IMG/VR virus record: IMGVR_UViG_3300030376_007365
Coordinates: 1-25,482 of that record
From: a virus
Taxonomy: Duplodnaviria; Caudoviricetes
DNA: 25,482 nucleotides
Direction: 5' to 3' (one strand)
Every line of letters begins with the position of its first letter. Positions within the stretch are counted from its first letter, which is position 1. This document shows positions 1 to 6,534 of the stretch, piece by piece. A model generated the notes under the pieces. That model was not told the origin of the DNA. It searched no databases and saw only the letters and a list, made by a program, of their open reading frames with translations. The translations under genes and the position numbers were made by a program.

Positions 1-123
1 TCTCTCGCTGACTATCTTGACGCAAAAAAAGTTTATAAAGAAGCAGAAGAGAGACTGAACGAGATACACGAGGAGGAGTATCCTGCAAACTTGCAAAATA
101 TTAACTATTCAAACAACGCATGA
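1..123 (+). CDS. 3' end of a hypothetical phage protein (partial)
   Basis: Frame 1 is open from the window edge (SLADYLDAKK...NNA*); its TGA overlaps the ATG at 120 (ATGA coupling). Confidence 0.65.
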   Translation, partial: SLADYLDAKKVYKEAEERLNEIHEEEYPANLQNINYSNNA

Positions 124-416
124 AACACACACTTAAAGACGAATTTAAACTTACAAATGACGGAGATAATTGGGGTAATGTAATGGCATGGCTATTTGCT
201 ATAGGTGATTACATTACATTTGAAACTGACAAATGCATTCCAGGCACATGGCAATTTAAACCAAGCATGTGTGGTGCAAATGAAGATTGTTATATATTCC
301 AATCATTACGCCATTTCGCATTAGAGAAATACGTGACAAGCGAGGAAATCTTGCAATTTGGTAACATACTTATTCGCGTTCGTGATATTCTAGAAAGCAA
401 AGGAGAAAGTTACTAA
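120..416 (+). CDS. hypothetical phage early protein, 98 aa
   Basis: ORF coupled at both ends (ATGA, TAATG); no family recognised. Confidence 0.75.
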   Translation: MKHTLKDEFKLTNDGDNWGNVMAWLFAIGDYITFETDKCIPGTWQFKPSMCGANEDCYIFQSLRHFALEKYVTSEEILQFGNILIRVRDILESKGESY

Positions 417-598
417 TGACACATCACGCAGCACAACTCTTTCCAATCGCCTTGCAAGAGTTGATTGAGATTGGCGAGAAAGCACGGAAACAAAGAGAGC
501 AAAGGGAGCGTGGTGCATTGCCCCGTGAAACGGGGGCATGCAAGCAAGTAGCGCGTAAGGAGAAACAACTTAAATTACAATTACAAACAAGGATATAA
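416..598 (+). CDS. hypothetical protein, 60 aa
   Basis: TAATG coupling with AAGGAG upstream; the C-terminus is encoded by the 45-bp repeat. Confidence 0.6.
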   Translation: MTHHAAQLFPIALQELIEIGEKARKQREQRERGALPRETGACKQVARKEKQLKLQLQTRI

Positions 599-604
599 TT
601 ATGA
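560..604 (+). repeat. 45-bp direct repeat, copy 1 (includes RBS region and ATG)
   Basis: GAGAAACAACTTAAATTACAATTACAAACAAGGATATAATTATGA, 44/45 identical to 1181-1225. Confidence 0.95.
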
Positions 605-1182
605 CACCAAAAACAAAACAAGGACGTTTAGAAAAGAGAGACGAAAAAATAAGCAAACTTATTGATGAAGGCTGGGAATATAACAAAGTAGAAGATTGCG
701 GTTTAATCGTACTAACTCACATTTTTGGCAATAGAATTGTGGCACTTGGTTTCAAGGGAACTTCTCTCAAACCTTGGTTTCACTATCGATTTGCAAGTGT
801 AGAAAAGAGAATAAAATTCGTGCAAGATAGAATTGATTTCTTGCGGAAAGATTCTGTGAGCAAATCAAGAAAGAGTCCGGACGCAAGCGAGCATTTCATG
901 GAAGGTGATGTCTTGTATGATTCTTGGGGATATGATCAAACAAATGTTGATTGGTATCAAGTAACTAAGGTAAAGGGTAAATCTATTTGGCTGCGTAAGA
1001 TTGCAGAAAATTCAAGTGATGCTGGAAATTGCTCATCTGGTTACACTCAACCCCGTAGATATGAATTTATAGGTGGAGAGTTTAGAAAGACAGTGCAACC
1101 AGGCGGTCATGTTTGCTCACCTTTACGGGGTGGCCTGTATAAATGGGATGGTAAGCCAAAATATTGCAGTTCTTACCATTGA
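601..1182 (+). CDS. conserved hypothetical phage protein, 193 aa
   Basis: The motif GDVLYDSWGYDQTNVDWYQV resembles a recurring phage/plasmid hypothetical family; the gene is flanked by the 45-bp repeats. Confidence 0.85.
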   Translation: MTPKTKQGRLEKRDEKISKLIDEGWEYNKVEDCGLIVLTHIFGNRIVALGFKGTSLKPWFHYRFASVEKRIKFVQDRIDFLRKDSVSKSRKSPDASEHFMEGDVLYDSWGYDQTNVDWYQVTKVKGKSIWLRKIAENSSDAGNCSSGYTQPRRYEFIGGEFRKTVQPGGHVCSPLRGGLYKWDGKPKYCSSYH

Positions 1183-1225
1183 GAAACAACTTAAACTACA
1201 ATTACAAACAAGGATATAATTATGA
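1181..1225 (+). repeat. 45-bp direct repeat, copy 2
   Basis: GAGAAACAACTTAAACTACAATTACAAACAAGGATATAATTATGA. Confidence 0.95.
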
Positions 1226-1527
1226 GCGAGAAACAAGAAACACACACACCTGGGCCATGGTCAATTGAAGATTGCACGCCAGGAGAAACCACGGGGTTGC
1301 GCTTTGCAATCAACTCTAAGGATAACGTCATTGCACGCACCACTGACGGGTGGAAAGAAGCACAAGCAAACGCACGCCTAATGGCAGCAGCGCCTGAGCT
1401 TTTAGAGCAGTGCAAGCTCTTTGAGAAATTGCTTAGTACTTTAATCATGGAAGGCGATAGTGGCGCGGATCTCGAAAGAGATAATTTACGTGCAATCCTG
1501 GACAGAGTGGAAGGAGAAACAGCATGA
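1222..1527 (+). CDS. conserved phage early protein (HTPGPW...ANARLxAAAPELL family)
   Basis: HTPGPW and ANARLMAAAPELLE motifs are typical of a widespread phage family of unknown function. Confidence 0.85.
   Translation: MSEKQETHTPGPWSIEDCTPGETTGLRFAINSKDNVIARTTDGWKEAQANARLMAAAPELLEQCKLFEKLLSTLIMEGDSGADLERDNLRAILDRVEGETA
1507..1527 (+). repeat. 21-bp direct repeat, copy 1 (SD plus stop/start junction)
   Basis: GTGGAAGGAGAAACAGCATGA, identical to 1889-1909. Confidence 0.95.
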
Positions 1528-1676
1528 AAGTCTTACAAGATCCATTAGGGGGCTGGTGCGTTGCAAATCATATCAACGGGTCAACCTGGTCAATTATCAA
1601 AGGCAAGTTTGACACAATGAGAAACGCGCAAGCTTGGTTAAATCAATACAAACAAACAGAAAGATTATATAAATGA
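1524..1676 (+). CDS. hypothetical protein, 50 aa (not in ORF track)
   Basis: MKVLQDPLGGWCVANHINGSTWSIIKGKFDTMRNAQAWLNQYKQTERLYK; AAGGAG SD; ATGA overlaps at both ends fill the gap exactly. Confidence 0.75.
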   Translation: MKVLQDPLGGWCVANHINGSTWSIIKGKFDTMRNAQAWLNQYKQTERLYK

Positions 1677-1909
1677 ATGACAAAGTAAAATTTGAAGGCA
1701 TAGACGATTTTAACAGACCTGTTTTTAAATCTGTAAATAATCGCAATAGATACGGGTCAACAGATGAATTATTTTCTCATGATGTAAAAGAGAAATATGT
1801 TCTCAGGTGTATGGGAGAAATTAAATCACTTACATTTTTTGGCACTTGCTTCAATTGTGAGCCTACCGGGGGAAATTATCCTGTAGAGGTGGAAGGAGAA
1901 ACAGCATGA
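1673..1909 (+). CDS. hypothetical phage protein, 78 aa
   Basis: Coupled ORF with motif FEGIDDFNRPVFK; ends in VEGETA like 1222-1527. Confidence 0.75.
   Translation: MNDKVKFEGIDDFNRPVFKSVNNRNRYGSTDELFSHDVKEKYVLRCMGEIKSLTFFGTCFNCEPTGGNYPVEVEGETA
1889..1909 (+). repeat. 21-bp direct repeat, copy 2
   Basis: Identical to 1507-1527. Confidence 0.95.
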
Positions 1910-2136
1910 GCAAAGTAGTAAAAGTATGGACTAAAACTCCACAAGAAATGTTAGACTATATTCTTGAGACAGACAGATCAAATAACATGCATACGCAACC
2001 AGATTATTCTCTTAGTTTTTATATTGGAAAAGACCTAGCTTACATTCGTGAGGTTTATGAAGAGTACAATGGTATTGAATGTTTAACTGAAGAGGAACAG
2101 ATACAACTTGGTTATTATAAACTAGAAATTAAATAA
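1906..2136 (+). CDS. hypothetical protein, 76 aa
   Basis: SD and ATG are supplied by the 21-bp repeat; acidic small protein. Confidence 0.75.
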   Translation: MSKVVKVWTKTPQEMLDYILETDRSNNMHTQPDYSLSFYIGKDLAYIREVYEEYNGIECLTEEEQIQLGYYKLEIK

Positions 2137-2264
2137 TGAGTAAACAAGACAACAACTCACTGCTCCCAAAGCTCGCCATGGGCATGGCGCTCTTCATAGC
2201 GCTCAAGCTTGTGCCGAAAGTGCTTGCATGGTGGGCTAAGAGAAACAAGAAACAAATCAACTAA
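2136..2264 (+). CDS. small single-pass membrane peptide, 42 aa (not in ORF track)
   Basis: MSKQDNNSLLPKLAMGMALFIALKLVPKVLAWWAKRNKKQIN; TAATG coupling; hydrophobic stretch followed by a basic tail. Confidence 0.7.
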   Translation: MSKQDNNSLLPKLAMGMALFIALKLVPKVLAWWAKRNKKQIN

Positions 2265-2273
2265 AAATATATA

Positions 2274-2585
2274 ATGAAAATAGAACTAGAATTTGATATA
2301 ACAAAGACAACACAAGATTTCATGGAAGGTACATGGCATGGTAATATTGATGATGATTCAGTTTACTTGCATTACTACGCTGAACTATTAATAAAACATA
2401 AGATCGCATCTCTTGTAGAAAATATTGACTCCGAGTATGGAACAGGTACTCACGCATGGAATAGAGGCATGGAACACATTGAAGAGAAATGTCACGTATC
2501 TTTGTTTGAGGAGAATGGCAAAGAGATAGATCCGGAATCTAAGCATGGCACTTTCGTTGCATGGAAGGATGGAGTACCAGCATGA
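2274..2585 (+). CDS. hypothetical acidic protein, 103 aa
   Basis: ORF continuing the + strand gene run. Confidence 0.75.
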   Translation: MKIELEFDITKTTQDFMEGTWHGNIDDDSVYLHYYAELLIKHKIASLVENIDSEYGTGTHAWNRGMEHIEEKCHVSLFEENGKEIDPESKHGTFVAWKDGVPA

Positions 2586-2634
2586 TGTCAATAAAAAGAG
2601 AAATACAAACTTTGACAAAAACTTCGGAGGGTGC

Positions 2635-2913
2635 ATGAACACTACAAACTTGGACAAAATTAAAGAATTAACAGAAGCACTTAAAGAATCCATCAAATGG
2701 TTGGAATGTACAGAAGATGGTACAGATGAACAGATTAGGAGAATCTTTGGTGAGGAAACTGTAGACATGTTAAATCGCCATAGAAATATCGTGAAAAAAA
2801 CTTCGGAGGCTAGTGTTTTCCCGTGGGAAGAGAAGCAGGAGATCCAACGTAAAGTAATCTATGAAACAGATCCAAGGTTAGATCCAAACTTTGAGTCTAG
2901 TGAAGATTCGTGA
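2635..2913 (+). CDS. hypothetical protein, ~92 aa
   Basis: Likely start is the ATG at 2635 (GGAGG SD upstream) rather than 2545; an 18-codon coupled mini-ORF (2582-2638) precedes it. Confidence 0.7.
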   Translation: MNTTNLDKIKELTEALKESIKWLECTEDGTDEQIRRIFGEETVDMLNRHRNIVKKTSEASVFPWEEKQEIQRKVIYETDPRLDPNFESSEDS

Positions 2914-3090
2914 TTATACGAATATCATAATCAGATTATCAGATAAAATACGCATATCCCTAGAATCGTCAGGAAGGCATCTAAAAATCGTTTTCTTTTC
3001 CATACTCGTACTTTTCTGTATCAATTACGAAACGCACGATTAGATACCTCTATGGGCTCGCAATGTAGTTGTTTGTAGTTTTATCTGATA

Positions 3091-4353
3091 CTAAAATGGT
3101 TTCTTATCATGTAATCTTGCATCAACTCGTGTTGAGAAACGACCGGTTGGTTTGGTAAAGGTTAGCTTGGTTGCACGCACCTCTCCATTTCTATTCTTCG
3201 CAACATTGCAGATAATATCGTCATTGGTTGGATCTACTTCTTTTTCACGATGCATGAGTAACACGCAATCTGCATCCTGCTCTATACTTCCTGACTCTCG
3301 GAGATCCGAGAGCATGGGATTGCGGTTTTGAGATTCAAGCGCACGATTTAACTGACTCAAGGCAAGCACGGGAACTTCATACATCATAGCCATACTTTTC
3401 AGCGCTCGTGAGATTGCGCTCACCTCTTGCACTCGTGAGTCATGTCCAGGTGAGGAGAGCAGCTGCAAGTAATCAACAACGATTAAACCAAGCTCACCTT
3501 CCAATCTTTGTTTAGCAACAAATGCCTCAATACTTTGCATGGTTGCTTGGTTATCATCCTTGAAAGTAATTGGCCAACCTTGCATTGCTTGCACTTGAGT
3601 CTCTAGCTTTTGCTTATGTCCTGCATTGAGAAATCCCTTGCCTGTAGGTTTGCGCACTCCACTTGCATTAGAAAGTAATCTTCCGGCACACTCACTTGCA
3701 GACATCTCAAGGCTTGCATAGCTTGCCCTTAAACCACGTTTTGCAGTTTCATAGGTCATTTGTATTGCTAATGCACTCTTCCCTACTCCTGGACGTGCTG
3801 CAAGCACATACAAACTTCCTTTCTTGAAACCACCTCCAAGTATTGCATCAAGCTTTTCCAAGCCTGTGGGTATTGCTTGTGTACCACCAGCATCTACTTC
3901 AAGAAATTCTGCAAATGCTTCTTTGCTTGCTGCACCACATGCAACCACGCCTTTGCGTTGACTAAGTGATTTCGCTACCCGGTTAACAAAGCTTTGACTA
4001 ATCTCCTCTGCTGGCTTGCTTGCTTTTAAATCATCTGTGGCATGATAAAGTGCCGTTTCCACGGCCCTCGTGTTGCGGTACTCAATCAGATATTCAATGT
4101 ATCTCTCAATACTTCCACCACCATACTTCTCGCTAAGAAAAAGGATTTCATCTTTCAAGTGTGCATGTTCTATGATCAAATCAATCTCATTGCATGGAGA
4201 AAGACGCAGGCACGTTTCAAAGATCGTGGAACGATCCGTGGTTGAGAAATCATCCTTGGTAAGTGCTTCTCCTGCTTGTGCGGTTGCTACTCCACTTTCA
4301 TCATGGAGCATGGAGGAGAGAACTGCTTGCTCGGCTAATTCGTAATCAATCAC
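3091..4353 (-). CDS. dnaB: replicative DNA helicase, DnaB family
   Basis: Walker A AARPGVGKS, VVDYLQL, ALSQLNR, PMLSDLRESGSIEQDAD and KNRNGE motifs; DnaB-like N-terminus (AEQAVLSSML). Confidence 0.97.
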   Translation of the reverse strand: MIDYELAEQAVLSSMLHDESGVATAQAGEALTKDDFSTTDRSTIFETCLRLSPCNEIDLIIEHAHLKDEILFLSEKYGGGSIERYIEYLIEYRNTRAVETALYHATDDLKASKPAEEISQSFVNRVAKSLSQRKGVVACGAASKEAFAEFLEVDAGGTQAIPTGLEKLDAILGGGFKKGSLYVLAARPGVGKSALAIQMTYETAKRGLRASYASLEMSASECAGRLLSNASGVRKPTGKGFLNAGHKQKLETQVQAMQGWPITFKDDNQATMQSIEAFVAKQRLEGELGLIVVDYLQLLSSPGHDSRVQEVSAISRALKSMAMMYEVPVLALSQLNRALESQNRNPMLSDLRESGSIEQDADCVLLMHREKEVDPTNDDIICNVAKNRNGEVRATKLTFTKPTGRFSTRVDARLHDKKPF

Positions 4354-4913
4354 TCGTCTGGATGTACTTCAGTAATATCAAAATTCAAGCCTTGCGTGGA
4401 AATAGAATTATCCACGTGGTTATCATACCCTCCATCATTCAACCAGGAGTTTGGATGTTTTGCATAATTTCCTTTAGCATGGAAATGCTCGTTGTATTTA
4501 TCTGCAACTATCTTGGGATCAAGCTGTGAGAGATCATCCCAATTCAATCTGATAGTCTTGACCACACGTCTTGCAAATTGCTGGTTTTTACATACTTCCC
4601 AGAATGCTTGAAACCATGCATGAGTTTCCTCTTTTTTTGCATCCTCGTTTTTGCTCTCTGTATTATTTTTCATTATATCTTTAGATATAATAACATTATC
4701 TACACACGTGTGCGCGCGAGGATTGTAATACGGGGGTATTACATTGGCATTTTGAATGGTCGGTGCAATGAACTGTGAAATTGCTGCTTTTACGACCTCA
4801 GATTTCTTCATTCCTGTAAGCTCACAAAACGTCATTAATCTTGCGTTTGCAGACTCGTTTAATCGGAACGACGTGGTGTAACTTTTTGCCTCTTCTTTTT
4901 CTTCTTCTGACAT
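4350..4913 (-). CDS. putative replication initiator with N-terminal ribbon-helix-helix
   Basis: Directly upstream of the helicase; N-terminal TTSFRL-helix-G-helix pattern; C-terminal FQAFW...KHPNSWLN resembles phage initiator C-terminal domains. Confidence 0.7.
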   Translation of the reverse strand: MSEEEKEEAKSYTTSFRLNESANARLMTFCELTGMKKSEVVKAAISQFIAPTIQNANVIPPYYNPRAHTCVDNVIISKDIMKNNTESKNEDAKKEETHAWFQAFWEVCKNQQFARRVVKTIRLNWDDLSQLDPKIVADKYNEHFHAKGNYAKHPNSWLNDGGYDNHVDNSISTQGLNFDITEVHPDE

Positions 4914-4917
4914 ATTT

Positions 4918-5034
4918 TTATCCTCCTATGATTGCGACCAACCATGCAAAAATCATCCACATCCAGGTCAAGGTTGCAGCGATAAACATTGCGGTAAATA
5001 TTATTTTATTCATTATTTTATTAAGTAAACTCAT
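4918..5034 (-). CDS. small membrane peptide, 38 aa (not in ORF track)
   Basis: MSLLNKIMNKIIFTAMFIAATLTWMWMIFAWLVAIIGG; ATGA-coupled to the upstream gene; its 3' end supplies the AGGAGG SD of the next gene. Confidence 0.7.
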   Translation of the reverse strand: MSLLNKIMNKIIFTAMFIAATLTWMWMIFAWLVAIIGG

Positions 5035-5501
5035 ATGTGTTTATGTGTAGCTGTTTGTAGTATTTGATCCCGTGAAAGAGTGCGGGATGAGTATTTTTTA
5101 ATGGTTTCTACAGGTATTAAGTATGCCTTTTTTGGTTGGGTGTCACCCTTTCCTGTGAAGATCCGCAGGGGTGGATTCAACGACACAATCAAGTCTTTTA
5201 ACTTCCTTGGAGTAATAAAAATAAACTCCGTTTTTGTATCGAAGATCCACCAATCTGCGGTTGTTCCCATGAGTCCGGATGGCTTGCCATACATCTCCAC
5301 TTCCACCACCAGGTTGCCACTATAATGCGCCTTCCAATCTTGTTTAACCTCGTATCCTTCCTTTGTATTTGCCAGGAAGAAATCAAAGCCTGTGAACTTG
5401 CCCGGTATTGCTATGGGCTTGTGTCCTAAGGATTGGAAGAACGCAATTAGCTGGTCTTCACGTTGCTTGCCAATGTCAAGACTCGTGTCGAATTCAGTCA
5501 T
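5031..5501 (-). CDS. PD-(D/E)XK-fold nuclease-like phage protein
   Basis: FDF...YEVKQD...SGNLVVEVE...GKPSGL..TTADWW pattern. Confidence 0.7.
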   Translation of the reverse strand: MTEFDTSLDIGKQREDQLIAFFQSLGHKPIAIPGKFTGFDFFLANTKEGYEVKQDWKAHYSGNLVVEVEMYGKPSGLMGTTADWWIFDTKTEFIFITPRKLKDLIVSLNPPLRIFTGKGDTQPKKAYLIPVETIKKYSSRTLSRDQILQTATHKHI

Positions 5502-5841
5502 GGACGCTCACCTCTACCCACGTCTCTTCTTCCTTGTAGGTTTTGACTTTTTCCTGCGAGACTTCGAGGGTGATCGCTTGAGGGTCATCTTCTGGTATAA
5601 TGTCCGCAGCCCGGAGCGAATCGACAAGGTACTTGACTCCCCCAACGAGGTTGTCCGGGTCGCAGATTCTGACTCGTTTCGAGATAATGCGGACTCGATG
5701 GCGATCATCGCCTCCTTCTGCATTTCTCTCTTCTCTTTTACTCGCGCCCACCGATTCATACCCAGAAGTGTGTTCAAGGAAGGGGTTCGTTTCTTCACGC
5801 ACAGCGTTATCTTTTCTCCCTTTTCCATCACTAATTGGCAT
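5494..5841 (-). CDS. RusA-like Holliday junction resolvase, catalytic C-terminal half (frame B)
   Basis: RICDPDNLVGGVKYLVDSLRAADIIPEDD matches the RusA catalytic pattern D-x-D-N...K...D.L......DD. Confidence 0.8.
   Translation of the reverse strand: MPISDGKGRKDNAVREETNPFLEHTSGYESVGASKREERNAEGGDDRHRVRIISKRVRICDPDNLVGGVKYLVDSLRAADIIPEDDPQAITLEVSQEKVKTYKEEETWVEVSVHD
5514..5831 (-). CDS. overlapping ORF with RusA-like N-terminal motif and basic tail (frame A)
   Basis: ITLCVKKRTPSLN...W.R.K.K resembles the RusA N-terminal strand, PSxN motif and helix; the start (GTG 5831 or ATG 5828) abuts the upstream TAG. Confidence 0.6.
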   Translation of the reverse strand: MMEKGEKITLCVKKRTPSLNTLLGMNRWARVKEKREMQKEAMIAIESALSRNESESATRTTSLGESSTLSIRSGLRTLYQKMTLKRSPSKSRRKKSKPTRKKRRG

Positions 5842-6310
5842 TTATATTTCTTCCCACCAGGTTAATCTTGGATGCCATCTCCGGGTCGCATTCAAGCAAA
5901 TCATGGATTTTATTAACAGTGTGAGATATGTTGCTATGATTTCGGTCGAAGACCTTGCCCAACTCTTCAACCTTATATCCTTGTTTGCGACTATAGAAGA
6001 TTGCACATTGACGGGCTAAAGCCACATCCTGTGTGCGTTTCCTGCTTTCTATTTCTGCGACACTTACACCAAGAGTCTTGGCACATATCTCTTTAATATC
6101 ATCAATGGATACCATGCATTCTCTCTGTGTATATATAGTGATGTCAGGGTCACTCTGATTATTCATATCCTCACCTGCCAATGTAGCCACTAATTGCTTC
6201 ATCGCAGCATGAAGTACCACAACCGCGCCTTCAAAATTCTGATTACTGATATGATCTTCAGCATACCGCAGTACTTTATCCATTTCGTTTATTTTTAATC
6301 GATTAGCCAT
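5831..6310 (-). CDS. protein with DnaA domain IV-like (C-terminal HTH) DNA-binding domain
   Basis: IDDIKEICAKTLGVSVAEIESRKRTQDVALARQCAIFY...ELGKVFDRNHSNISH matches the DnaA C-terminal signature; no AAA+ domain. Confidence 0.85.
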   Translation of the reverse strand: MANRLKINEMDKVLRYAEDHISNQNFEGAVVVLHAAMKQLVATLAGEDMNNQSDPDITIYTQRECMVSIDDIKEICAKTLGVSVAEIESRKRTQDVALARQCAIFYSRKQGYKVEELGKVFDRNHSNISHTVNKIHDLLECDPEMASKINLVGRNINAN

Positions 6311-6534
6311 TCTTCACTGCTCCTTCCCTCAGTTCGTAACCATTTGTTAATTTCACGTTTATCCCATGCAAATCCACGTCCACCTCGACCAGTCCCTCCA
6401 TCAATGATGTAACATGTTAATCCTTCATCCTCATGGAATTGATCCAGCGAGGTCTGCGATTTGAATCCAAGTAGTTTTAGTGCTTTCTTGCTGGTGATAA
6501 GATACTTCTTTGATCCTTGATTCCTGCCCATCAT
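6295..6534 (-). CDS. excisionase/AlpA-like winged HTH protein
   Basis: LITSKKALKLLGFKSQTSL...FAWDKREINKWL pattern; small basic protein. Confidence 0.6.
   Translation of the reverse strand: MMGRNQGSKKYLITSKKALKLLGFKSQTSLDQFHEDEGLTCYIIDGGTGRGGRGFAWDKREINKWLRTEGRSSEEWLID

Noticed and set aside
560-1909. Early-region repeats as a CRISPR mini-array or integron attC sites
   Set aside because: Spacing is gene-sized, there are only two copies of each repeat, and they lack palindromic or attC structure; no cas or integron-integrase signature is present.
2545-2634. N-terminal extension of the 122-aa ORF
   Set aside because: It overlaps the upstream gene; the GGAGG SD supports the ATG at 2635.
4408-4961. 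Near-DnaA boxes TTATCCACG (4408-4416) and TCATCCACA (4953-4961)
   Set aside because: Several one-mismatch 9-mers are expected by chance in 25 kb, and these are not clustered.
5817-5823. A-AAG-GGA slippery-like heptamer at the start of frame A
   Set aside because: It lies before the PSLN motif, so a shift there could not fuse the two RusA halves.
5392-6019. Long + strand ORFs (157 aa and 139 aa) opposite the RusA region
   Set aside because: Antisense to well-supported genes, with no recognisable motifs; likely shadows of constrained, GC-richer sequence.
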